Source: a virus. Taken from it: DNA of 16,743 nt. The stretch lies in UHGV virus genome UHGV-0045952. One strand, written 5' to 3'. Below are positions 1-6,779 of the stretch, piece by piece. How positions within the stretch are numbered: position 1 is the first letter of the stretch; every line of letters begins with the position of its first letter. Under the pieces are notes generated by a model that did not search any database, was not told the DNA's origin, and saw only the letters and a program-made list of their open reading frames with translations. Both the position numbers and the translations under genes were made by a program.

Positions 1-265
1 ACTCCTGACGACAGAAGTTATTAAATTCCTTCTCAGATTGCTTAAGCGAGGTATTTTCAGCAGCCATCTTCGCGCATTTAGCCTCAAGGTTATCAATCGT
101 GATTCCAGCAGAACGACACTCCCGCAACGCCGTTTCTAGTTTTGATTCAAGTTCACCGAACTTACGCACCAGATATTCAGCGTTTGTTTCGTTAACCTTT
201 AAATCTCGGGGGATGCATTTACCTTTCAGAAAACCATCCATCTCAATTAGTGACATTTGTTTCAT
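1..265 (-). CDS. Hypothetical early-left protein, 5' complete, 3' end beyond window start
   Basis: Minus-strand ORF from ATG at 265..263 ([16 protein letters not shown]...) running off the window; its ATG overlaps the stop of the upstream ORF (ATGA). Not in the ORF track because it is truncated. No family recognised. Confidence 0.4.
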   Translation of the reverse strand, partial: MKQMSLIEMDGFLKGKCIPRDLKVNETNAEYLVRKFGELESKLETALRECRSAGITIDNLEAKCAKMAAENTSLKQSEKEFNNFCRQE

Positions 266-459
266 TTCTTCCCACTCCGCAACATCGCATTCAGATATTT
301 GTTTTGATTCACTGATGGAAAAGAATTTCTCTTAAGCAATTCCTCTCTCGATGGCATTGGCTTTACGCGTTGGCGAATAATCATTTCTGCCGGAAGAATG
401 CCGGGATTGTATGCAAGTCCTCTCATGGTAAATTCCTCAGTCATTACTGATAGCGCCAT
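262..459 (-). CDS. Small hypothetical protein (55-65 aa depending on start)
   Basis: ORF in the coupled leftward array; internal ATG at 426 has a GAGGA Shine-Dalgarno about 8 nt upstream and is the more likely start. No family recognised. Confidence 0.35.
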   Translation of the reverse strand: MALSVMTEEFTMRGLAYNPGILPAEMIIRQRVKPMPSREELLKRNSFPSVNQNKYLNAMLRSGKK

Positions 460-733
460 AGCGTGAGCGGTAATTACGCAGGCGCGGGTCGATATATTCA
501 GGGAATTTGTCTATTGTCGCTTTTCGCAACGGTCTCATTGCTGTTTCGTTTGTTCGGTCCTTCTCCTGTTTTAGCGCGAGTTGTATATCGCGTCGGTACA
601 TCCGTTCTGCTTTTGTTTCTGGTGTCAGAGCAAGAAACGCGTCGAAATTGTTTTTGATATTTTCCAGCACCTCCGCCTTGGAGCTACCGGAGCAATTGCG
701 CGGGTCATCCGCACCATACAGAGGCGCTGGCAT
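437..733 (-). CDS. Hypothetical protein, 98 aa
   Basis: ORF 23 nt downstream of the DUF669-like gene on the same strand, weak AAGG upstream of the ATG. No family recognised. Confidence 0.45.
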   Translation of the reverse strand: MPAPLYGADDPRNCSGSSKAEVLENIKNNFDAFLALTPETKAERMYRRDIQLALKQEKDRTNETAMRPLRKATIDKFPEYIDPRLRNYRSRYGAISND

Positions 734-756
734 AATGGGAGCCTTATTTTCAATAA

Positions 757-1344
757 TCAGAAAGGAGGGTAATCGTTCTGGCTGTAACCATAATCATCTG
801 CATGATTATGGCTTACGTTTTTAGAGCGATTGTCTTTATCTTTGAGGCTGGCAACCATGTTGGCGATAGTTTCTGGTTGCTTGCCTTCCGCCTTTTCTTT
901 AAGGGTTTGACCTGTTTGTGCAATAAACGGGATGCGTATTTCCATCTGGTAGCTGTCTGCGCCAGTCTTTTTGTTTGTGGTTAATACTTTCTGGAGCACT
1001 AACCCGATTTTCTTTCCATGAAATTCAGGTGCAACAAATTTACTGGCGGAAGCCATATGCTGCGTTAATTGTCCAATCCCAGCACACCCCATCATGGCGT
1101 GAACGACATTTGCGCCAAATTTGTTTTCCGTTCCGTCATTTTTCTGAACACAGACGCTAAGATATTGGATTTTACGGCCGTCGTCGGATTCTCCAGAAAA
1201 CTCAATAAATTTGGCTCCTTTTTCTGATTGCTTTAGTTCTGCTTCAGTAATGGTAATGATATGGGCGCCAGTTTCGTTAATAAAACCACCTTGCCCTGCG
1301 GTCAGTGCTGCTTCTTCGTTATAAGTAAAAATCACGTTGCTCAT
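757..1344 (-). CDS. DUF669-like putative phage ssDNA-binding protein
   Basis: 195-aa ORF whose ATG overlaps the stop of the Sak4-like gene (ATGA); AAGGAAAA Shine-Dalgarno; C-terminus ends in an acidic/aromatic tail (...DDYGYSQNDYPPF) like the SSB C-terminal tip. DUF669 assignment is from memory of the family and its usual pairing with Sak4. Confidence 0.5.
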   Translation of the reverse strand: MSNVIFTYNEEAALTAGQGGFINETGAHIITITEAELKQSEKGAKFIEFSGESDDGRKIQYLSVCVQKNDGTENKFGANVVHAMMGCAGIGQLTQHMASASKFVAPEFHGKKIGLVLQKVLTTNKKTGADSYQMEIRIPFIAQTGQTLKEKAEGKQPETIANMVASLKDKDNRSKNVSHNHADDYGYSQNDYPPF

Positions 1345-2021
1345 GCGGCGTTTTCCTTAATTTGATGAACATTATTGATGCCGTAGTAATCACAAACAGT
1401 GGCATCGACGAAAGAGAGATCGTTATCAATCTCATTGGAATCAAACATTCCCATTGGGGATTTGACAGTGTCTGCACCGTTGTTTTTCGTGGTGAAAAAG
1501 AACTGGTCATCGCGGGTAAGAGTGCGAAGAACTATAGTAAACATGCCTTCGACAGTGATTTTCTCGTCCAGCATTTTGCCGATAGTTTTCATTTTCACGC
1601 GCCCCATAGGGGTTTCTTCGGTATGTGCAAGAAAATAGACTCTCAGGTCATCAGGTGCATCCTGTGCAGCCTTAATCACCTCCCATGCGTGGCGGCCTAT
1701 CTCAGTAAATTTATCAAACGATTTTTCTTCTGAGCGGCGCATAAACTCATTGCTCATCACATACTGGAAGTCATCAACAATAACGATTCTTTTTCCGTAT
1801 TCGTGAGCACGCTTAATTGCAGCAACTATTACGTCCCATTTGTCAGTGGTAACTACGGTTCCTTTTTTTGCTCTGGCATCCCATGCAAGCCAGTCTTTTG
1901 ATTTAAATGGTAGCGGCTTGCCTATTGGTTTTATAAGTATTGCTTCCTCTGGATTGATATTTCTCATGCTGGTTGATTTTCCGGTGCCAGATTCACCGAG
2001 TATTAATGTCGCAGTTCCCAT
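1341..2021 (-). CDS. Sak4-like RecA-fold ATPase (phage single-strand annealing/recombination protein)
   Basis: 226 aa; Walker A GESGTGKST at residues 9-17 and Walker B-like IVIVDDF; GAGG Shine-Dalgarno 6 nt before the ATG; sits in the early-left recombination position. Confidence 0.7.
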   Translation of the reverse strand: MGTATLILGESGTGKSTSMRNINPEEAILIKPIGKPLPFKSKDWLAWDARAKKGTVVTTDKWDVIVAAIKRAHEYGKRIVIVDDFQYVMSNEFMRRSEEKSFDKFTEIGRHAWEVIKAAQDAPDDLRVYFLAHTEETPMGRVKMKTIGKMLDEKITVEGMFTIVLRTLTRDDQFFFTTKNNGADTVKSPMGMFDSNEIDNDLSFVDATVCDYYGINNVHQIKENAA

Positions 2022-2029
2022 AATTTGCC

Positions 2030-2218
2030 TCAGAATGGTAATTCGGATGGGCAGGAAAGAAATTCGCGCTCATTCATGCGCTCTCTTTGCGCCTGCCATA
2101 AACAAAGTTGTTTCTTTGATTTATCTCCCGCTTTACGCCAGTAACGAGCCTCAGCAATGTGATATTCTCTTTTTAATCGACTTAACTCTGGAGTTTTCGC
2201 CAGTTCTACCGGAATCAT
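2030..2218 (-). CDS. Small hypothetical protein, 62 aa
   Basis: Track ORF 2030..2230 trimmed to the internal ATG at 2218, which has a GGAGG Shine-Dalgarno 5 nt upstream and overlaps the upstream stop (ATGA). Confidence 0.4.
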   Translation of the reverse strand: MIPVELAKTPELSRLKREYHIAEARYWRKAGDKSKKQLCLWQAQRERMNEREFLSCPSELPF

Positions 2219-2454
2219 TTTGACCTCCATTTTCTGTAGGCTTCTACGGCTTCACGAAACATCTTTTCATCGCCAATAAAAGTGGCGATAGTGAATTTAG
2301 TCTGGATAGCCATAAGTGTTTTATCCATTTTTGGGAACTCCTGGCTGATTAAGTATGTCGATAAGGCGTTTCCATCCATCACGTAATTTACGTGTGATTC
2401 GTTCAAGTAAAGATTCGGAAGGGCAGCCAGCAACAGGCCACCCTGCAATGGCAT
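2215..2454 (-). CDS. Small hypothetical protein, start uncertain
   Basis: 79-aa track ORF; an internal start at 2328 (MDKTLMAIQ...) would give a 37-aa product coupled to the next gene. Overlaps the 2321..2461 ORF in another frame, so both cannot be fully real. Confidence 0.3.
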   Translation of the reverse strand: MPLQGGLLLAALPNLYLNESHVNYVMDGNALSTYLISQEFPKMDKTLMAIQTKFTIATFIGDEKMFREAVEAYRKWRSK

Positions 2455-2461
2455 ATTGCAT
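2321..2461 (-). CDS. Small hypothetical protein, 46 aa
   Basis: Part of track ORF 2321..2521, started at the ATG at 2461 which has an AAGGAG Shine-Dalgarno 6 nt upstream (MQYAIAGWPVAGCPSE...). Confidence 0.35.
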   Translation of the reverse strand: MQYAIAGWPVAGCPSESLLERITRKLRDGWKRLIDILNQPGVPKNG

Positions 2462-2520
2462 GGTGTGCTCCTTATTTATACATAACGAAAACGCCTCGAA
2501 TGAAGCGTTATTGGTATGCA

Positions 2521-2547
2521 TATAAAAAGGCCCTCACATAGGAGGGC
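2521..2547 (-). terminator. Intrinsic terminator-like hairpin inside the leftward operon
   Basis: Inverted repeat GCCCTC (2530..2535) / GAGGGC (2542..2547) with a 6-nt loop; on the minus strand it is followed by CTTTTTATA (plus 2521..2529). Confidence 0.45.
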
Positions 2548-2651
2548 AAAGAAGATTTCCAATAATCAGAACAAGTCGGCTCCTGTTTAGTTACGAGCGA
2601 CATTGCTCCGTGTATTCACTCGTTGGAATGAATACACAGTGCTTCTCTGTG

Positions 2652-2849
2652 CTAAATAATTAAATCATATTCTGATTTGGTTAGTTTATACGCACCTCCT
2701 CTGGTGTAATATGCAAATCTGTCTTTGCTTCCATCAGAATTGTATACCCACCCACCAAATGGAAAGATAGTGTCTATTTCTCCAATATCTTTTTCACAAC
2801 TAAATGTTTTTCCGTTTTTAGTTGAATATGACTTTCCAACTGTCAACAT
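2652..2849 (-). CDS. Hypothetical small protein in an AT-rich moron-like segment
   Basis: 65-aa ORF with a GAGG Shine-Dalgarno 5 nt before the ATG; locally AT-rich; bounded by a perfect 9-bp inverted repeat (2610..2637) and the terminator at 2521..2547. Confidence 0.45.
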   Translation of the reverse strand: MLTVGKSYSTKNGKTFSCEKDIGEIDTIFPFGGWVYNSDGSKDRFAYYTRGGAYKLTKSEYDLII

Positions 2850-2888
2850 CTTCGCCTCTGTTGTTTATGCCAAAAATAAAGGCCACCA

Positions 2889-3089
2889 TCAGGCAGCCTT
2901 GTTGTTCTGTTTACCAAGTTCTCTGGCAATCATTGCCGTCGTTCGTATTGCCCATTTATCGACATATTTCCCATCTTCCATTACAGGAAACATTTCTTCA
3001 GGCTTAACCATGCATTCCGATTGCAGCTTGCATCCATTGCATCGCTTGAATTGTCCACACCATTGATTCTTATCAATAGTCGTAGTCAT
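2889..3089 (-). CDS. Small four-cysteine (zinc-ribbon-like) protein
   Basis: 66-aa ORF with cysteines at positions 11, 17, 20 and 26 (CGQFKRCNGCKLQSEC); AGGA upstream of the ATG. Confidence 0.45.
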   Translation of the reverse strand: MTTTIDKNQWCGQFKRCNGCKLQSECMVKPEEMFPVMEDGKYVDKWAIRTTAMIARELGKQNNKAA

Positions 3090-3159
3090 ACGGATAATCC
3101 TGGTATTGTTCCATCACATCCTGAGGATGCTCTTCGAACTCTTCAAATTCTTCTTCCAT
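3073..3159 (-). CDS. Very acidic 28-aa peptide
   Basis: ATG at 3159 preceded by GAGGTGA; translation MEEEFEEFEEHPQDVMEQYQDYPYDYDY; overlaps the start of the Cys4 ORF by 17 nt. Below the ORF-track length cutoff. Confidence 0.35.
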   Translation of the reverse strand: MEEEFEEFEEHPQDVMEQYQDYPYDYDY

Positions 3160-3217
3160 ATCTCACCTCAAATAAGTGGTTTGCTGCCTAATTTCATTTT
3201 CTGGCGACCAACACAAG

Positions 3218-3490
3218 TCATCTTGCTGTCAGTTGTTTTGATTTCCGGTAGCCTGCTGCGTAAAGAGCTACGTTCGGAAGACAAGTTGAACCTTCATATT
3301 TTCTGGTCAACGTTGTCAGAGTTATCACTTCTGCTCTCATTGCTGGTTTGCGCTTGCATTGCAAGACCACTCGTGAAGGGGTTGGCCTGTGTAGCTTGTC
3401 GGAGCTGATCGCCTCCTGACTTTGCAGATTTGCACGACGAGCTCTACGGCGAGAAGCTGCGGTTCCTTTAAATTCTGTTTTTCTGGACAT
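3218..3490 (-). CDS. N-like transcription antiterminator (phage 21-type arginine-rich motif)
   Basis: Track ORF 3218..3562 trimmed to the ATG at 3490, which has a GGAGGA Shine-Dalgarno 6 nt upstream. N-terminus MSRKTEFKGTAASRRRARRANL resembles the phage 21 N arginine-rich motif as I recall it. Candidate nutL and PL lie just upstream. Confidence 0.6.
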   Translation of the reverse strand: MSRKTEFKGTAASRRRARRANLQSQEAISSDKLHRPTPSRVVLQCKRKPAMRAEVITLTTLTRKYEGSTCLPNVALYAAGYRKSKQLTAR

Positions 3491-3607
3491 AGATTCCTCC
3501 CGAATAAACTTTGGCGATGCAATCTCGAAGCCCCTCCTGAGACGGTTGCTTCGGCATTGCATCCCACAGCTTATGTGGTTGGGTGATCTGGCTTTTCAGC
3601 CACGTAG

Positions 3608-3635
3608 TCGAGTGTTCGACGTTGTTTAAAGAGCC
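3608..3635 (-). promoter_or_regulatory. Candidate nutL (boxA-like plus boxB-like hairpin)
   Basis: On the minus strand: GGCTCTTTA, spacer AACAAC, then hairpin GTCGA-ACAC-TCGAC. Same architecture as the candidate nutR (CGCTCTTTG, TAACAAC, hairpin); about 120 nt upstream of the N-like start. Confidence 0.45.
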
Positions 3636-3681
3636 TGCCAGTCTGTTCCGTTTGGCTTCCAGCTTCCTGCTGATGGCGATA

Positions 3682-3710
3682 ATAATGAACTAATAGTTCG
3701 AAATTATCAA
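3682..3710 (-). promoter_or_regulatory. Candidate PL promoter with operator-like repeats nearby
   Basis: Minus strand -35 TTGATA (plus 3705..3710), 17-nt spacer, -10 CATTAT (plus 3682..3687). Flanked by three copies of a TACGAAAT / TTCGAAAT motif (about 3696..3758) that recurs in the cI-cro intergenic region. Confidence 0.35.
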
Positions 3711-3907
3711 GAACTATTGGTACGAAATTTTGTGATTTATTAACTCTACGAAATATGATTTTGATATATAAGGAAATTTATTTTTGTAAAGGTTGAAGAC
3801 TGGTCAGTTGTGGAGAAAGAATGATTTTGCTGGCGTGTTGGTTTGCGGTTTACCACATGTGCGGTTGTTAAGTCTGTGAGGCAAAGAAAACCCGGCGCTG
3901 AGGCCGG

Positions 3908-3997
3908 NNNNNNNNNNNNNNNNNNNNNNNNNNNNNNNNNNNNNNNNNNNNNNNNNNNNNNNNNNNNNNNNNNNNNNNNNNNNNNNNNNNNNNNNNN
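3908..3997. other. Assembly gap (90 N)
   Basis: Run of N; followed by low-complexity sequence aaaaaaacccccgggcgggggggcgggg (3998..4025) that looks like read-end artefact. Confidence 0.95.
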
Positions 3998-4032
3998 AAA
4001 AAAACCCCCGGGCGGGGGGGCGGGGATGAGGA

Positions 4033-5031
4033 TTATGTTATCTCTTTGACATAAAGTATTATCGCGGACTTTATTTCACCATCTAGTTCTTTTGCGTTGA
4101 TTGACAAATGAACTGGTTTTCTATCCCACTCAGCTTGCTGAAGAGCTTTTTTATGCTCGGATGCGTCGAGAAAAACATCTTGTACTATGCACGATATTCT
4201 TAGATCGGAGTCAACATTTCTCACTTGCACTTTGAAGCTCTCTGGATCAGTGGAGTCAACCTTTTCAATGCGATAATTTCCATCAAGGCGGATCTCCATT
4301 GATTTCCGCCTTGCATTTGTAGTGAGGGTTTTGGATAGATCTGCATCCAATACAACGCCATCAATCTGAGCTGTATCAGCCTTGACAAATGATTTAACTA
4401 TGTCGGTTTTTGCGTCATGAGCAAGTCTTTCCATGTTGTCTAGCTTGGGTTTTTCGCTAATAATCTGAGTCAATAATTCACTTCGTTTTGTTTCCTGCTC
4501 AGACATGAAGCGCATGGTCGCAAGGTGTTCACGCTCAGACTCGCTTTTTACTTCTGCCATGCGAATCTCTTTGCGGTCTTCTAGATATTTTTTGAATAGG
4601 ACGACGCCGCCCCATATAAGAGCGACCCCTAAAACTGTAATAACGATCTCTTGAGGGCCCACTTTACTCACCGCAGTTTGTATAACCTCACCCATGAACC
4701 CATCCATATTAACTTCTATCAAGGACGAGCCATTCTCAACATTCACCTGAATTTCGATAGCTTCCTTCTCTTCTTTTGAAAGCTTTCTTGGGTCAGGAAC
4801 TCCGTACTTTAACAATGCATAAGCTCGGTTTATTTGGGCCTGCATTTCAACAAAACCCTTCATGACAGAAGGAGTCAAACTGCCATGAAATTTGTCACCA
4901 GTAAGACGGAAGGTTAAGTTAGGCCACCCTTCAAATGATATTCCATCAGGAAGATCTTGCCCAGCGATGTACATCTCAACAAAACGCAAAGCATCTTCTT
5001 CGGAATGAATAACCGCCGTGCTGATTTCCAA
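4033..5031 (-). CDS. Unknown 332-aa single-pass membrane protein in the rexA-equivalent position (candidate exclusion / abortive-infection gene)
   Basis: Long ORF on the cI strand, directly downstream of cI with a 121-bp spacer. Apparent TTG start at 5031 with a GAGG Shine-Dalgarno 7 nt upstream. One hydrophobic segment at residues about 128-146 (IVITVLGVALIWGGVVLF) followed by a charged, helix-like stretch. No kinase or nuclease motif seen by eye. Confidence 0.55.
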   Translation of the reverse strand: MEISTAVIHSEEDALRFVEMYIAGQDLPDGISFEGWPNLTFRLTGDKFHGSLTPSVMKGFVEMQAQINRAYALLKYGVPDPRKLSKEEKEAIEIQVNVENGSSLIEVNMDGFMGEVIQTAVSKVGPQEIVITVLGVALIWGGVVLFKKYLEDRKEIRMAEVKSESEREHLATMRFMSEQETKRSELLTQIISEKPKLDNMERLAHDAKTDIVKSFVKADTAQIDGVVLDADLSKTLTTNARRKSMEIRLDGNYRIEKVDSTDPESFKVQVRNVDSDLRISCIVQDVFLDASEHKKALQQAEWDRKPVHLSINAKELDGEIKSAIILYVKEIT

Positions 5032-5152
5032 GACTAAGCCTCTATAATTATTAATAATTTCAAATGATTGCTGTTTTTATTAGGAGACATTTAGCCATTC
5101 ATCACCCAAACGTCTCTTCAGGCCACTGGTTACCAGCTATGTGACGATGAAG

Positions 5153-5860
5153 TCACGAACTTTTCAGCCATTCCCTTGCCTCGATGTCATCCAGATGGCG
5201 AGACTGCTTCAGAATACCAGCAACATACTCCACCTTTGCTACTTGATGATAAGGCAACGTTATTGGCCTGTGGTCCTGGTTGATGCTTGTAAATTGGTAT
5301 TCTCCATCTCTGTCATAGCCAAGAACCTTAATCATGTTGTGTCCTTCAACGGTTCTGACAAACACCTCATCACCCGGGAATACTTTGGTGTTAGGCTCAA
5401 TGAGTACATATTCTCCTGATTTTATTCTGGGCCACATGCTGTCTCCTTTCACACGAAGACCAAAGGCATCTGGATCATCGCTATAAATCTTGAGCCACCC
5501 ATCGCGCTCTTCGGTCATCTCGATGGCACCATCAACACCAAGAATTGCCTCACCAACCACGCGCACTAACCCTTTTTTTAATTTGCCAACAAATGAAAGA
5601 GTATCTTCATCATTCGCTCCATTTAACGAAGTGCCGTGCTGAAGCCACACAACATCAACGTTTAGAAATTTCGCAAGCGCATTCATTTTTTCCTGACGTG
5701 GTAAAGACTCAGCATTAAACCATTTGCTAACGCCTTTGGACGAAAGAGAAAGGGCGCGGGCTATGGCCATTCCCCTACCATGTTCATCAAGACCAGCTTC
5801 TTTACAGGCTTGCGCTAGCCGCTGGGCGAATTCTTTGCGCACTTTTTCATTCTGAACCAT
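5153..5860 (-). CDS. cI: cI-like prophage repressor (N-terminal HTH, C-terminal S24 LexA-like domain)
   Basis: 235 aa; C-terminal VKGDSMWPRIKSGEYVLIEP ... GDEVFVRTVEGHNMIKVL matches the S24 self-cleaving peptidase fold; divergent from a Cro-like gene; no Shine-Dalgarno upstream, consistent with a leaderless PRM transcript. Confidence 0.85.
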   Translation of the reverse strand: MVQNEKVRKEFAQRLAQACKEAGLDEHGRGMAIARALSLSSKGVSKWFNAESLPRQEKMNALAKFLNVDVVWLQHGTSLNGANDEDTLSFVGKLKKGLVRVVGEAILGVDGAIEMTEERDGWLKIYSDDPDAFGLRVKGDSMWPRIKSGEYVLIEPNTKVFPGDEVFVRTVEGHNMIKVLGYDRDGEYQFTSINQDHRPITLPYHQVAKVEYVAGILKQSRHLDDIEAREWLKSS

Positions 5861-5938
5861 GAGTACGATACTAAAGCACTTGCAAAAACTTTCAGTTCAA
5901 TCATAATGCGTACTGAAAGTACGAAAAAGGATATCCAC
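5861..5938. promoter_or_regulatory. cI-cro intergenic control region (candidate OR operators, PR and PRM)
   Basis: Palindrome CGTACT-GAA-AGTACG (5909..5923), imperfect palindrome AGTACGATACT (5862..5872), inverted repeat ACTTTCAGT (5888..5896) / ACTGAAAGT (5912..5920). Candidate PR: -35 TTGCAA 5881..5886, -10 ATAATG 5903..5908. Candidate PRM -10 TAGTAT (minus, plus 5868..5873) placing the start at the cI ATG. Confidence 0.55.
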
Positions 5939-6166
5939 ATGCAAAATCTTGATGAGCCGATTAAAGGTGTCGGCATCCCTGAAGTTGCGAAGGCTTGTGG
6001 AGTTAGCGAAAGGGCTGTCTATAAGTGGCTCAAAAACGGCTTCCTCCCTAAGACTGAGTTTTTTGGGAAAACGAAATATGCATCAAAAATCGAAGAGATT
6101 TCTGGTGGCAAATATCAAGCAAGCGAAATGCTTGAAATAAGCAAAAAGAACCTTTTGGCAGCATAA
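5939..6166 (+). CDS. cro: Cro-like HTH repressor
   Basis: Track ORF 5906..6166 trimmed to the ATG at 5939 (AGGA about 8 nt upstream), because the 5906 start would sit inside the predicted PR. HTH-like segment IPEVAKACGVSERAVYKWLK. Confidence 0.6.
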   Translation: MQNLDEPIKGVGIPEVAKACGVSERAVYKWLKNGFLPKTEFFGKTKYASKIEEISGGKYQASEMLEISKKNLLAA

Positions 6167-6173
6167 GTAACCC

Positions 6174-6201
6174 CGCTCTTTGTAACAACGGACATTCGTC
6201 C
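6174..6201 (+). promoter_or_regulatory. Candidate nutR (boxA-like plus boxB-like hairpin)
   Basis: CGCTCTTTG (6174..6182), spacer TAACAAC, hairpin GGAC-ATTC-GTCC (6190..6201); mirrors the candidate nutL. Confidence 0.45.
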
Positions 6202-6248
6202 TACGTCGCTGAAAAGCGAATCCCAGAATATCTGACCAACCAAGGCCA

Positions 6249-6272
6249 TATGCGTTTCCACGCATACCTTTC
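6249..6272 (+). terminator. tR1-like weak terminator hairpin
   Basis: Stem TATGCGT (6249..6255) / ACGCATA (6260..6266), loop TTCC, then CCTTTC; a weak U-tract, so probably only a partial terminator. Confidence 0.35.
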
Positions 6273-6303
6273 AACTAACTATTCACTATTGGAAAATTAA
6301 CAA

Positions 6304-6600
6304 ATGACACAAGCAAGTTACAGCAAGCCAACACAGCGTGACGTTGATCGCGCAGAAACAGATTTACTCATCAACCTGTCAACGCTTACCCAGCGCGGTC
6401 TGGCAAAGATGATTGGCTGTCATGAATCGAAGATAAGCAGAACGGACTGGAGATTTATTGCTTCGGTCTTGTGTGCTTTCGGAATGGCATCAGACATCAG
6501 TCCGATTAGCAGGGCTTTTAAGTATGCGCTTGATGAAATCACAAAGAAAAAATCCCCGGCTGCCACCGAGGATTTTAAGCAAATTGATATGCAATTCTGA
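6304..6600 (+). CDS. cII: CII-like transcriptional activator
   Basis: 98 aa; C-terminus ...[19 protein letters not shown] closely parallels lambda CII ...TNKKRPAATERSEQIQMEF as I recall it; HTH segment before it; position between cro and O. Confidence 0.8.
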   Translation: MTQASYSKPTQRDVDRAETDLLINLSTLTQRGLAKMIGCHESKISRTDWRFIASVLCAFGMASDISPISRAFKYALDEITKKKSPAATEDFKQIDMQF

Positions 6601-6632
6601 GGGAATTACTGGATCAATCCACAGGAGTAATT

Positions 6633-6779
6633 ATGACAAAACAACTCAGTCCTTACCAGGACAAAATTCACAAACACATACTACGTGATCGCTTCCTGTC
6701 CAGCTTCAAGCAGCCTGGTCGATTCCGGGCTGAGTTGGAAAAAGTGAAGCTGATGCAGAAGGAGAAAGGTCATGAGTAA
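6633..6779 (+). CDS. Small hypothetical ORF, 48 aa
   Basis: ATG at 6633 with AGGAG 5 nt upstream; translation [48 protein letters not shown]; overlaps the start of the O-like gene by 8 nt. Confidence 0.35.
   Translation: MTKQLSPYQDKIHKHILRDRFLSSFKQPGRFRAELEKVKLMQKEKGHE

Noticed and set aside
463-824. Plus-strand track ORFs 463..657, 507..824 and 581..772
   Set aside because: They lie antisense to, and overlap, the coupled minus-strand gene array, have no convincing ribosome-binding sites, and run against the leftward operon direction.
3106-3408. Plus-strand 100-aa ORF
   Set aside because: Antisense to the N-like gene and the small acidic peptide; no Shine-Dalgarno; the minus-strand reading has the arginine-rich motif and a strong ribosome-binding site.
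3337-3567. Alternative minus-strand frame (76 aa) overlapping the N-like ORF
   Set aside because: Overlaps the N-like frame, which carries the arginine-rich motif and the strong GGAGGA site; judged a shadow ORF.
3843-4049. Track ORF spanning the 90-N gap
   Set aside because: Its translation is mostly X across the N run and the flanking bases are junk-like homopolymers; an artefact of the gap.
4033-5031. Assigning the 332-aa protein to the Stk kinase family found between cI and N in some 933W/HK97-type phages
   Set aside because: No glycine-rich loop, HRD or DFG kinase motifs are visible in the translation.
5141-5419. Plus-strand ORF inside the cI gene
   Set aside because: Antisense to a confidently identified repressor gene; no independent support.
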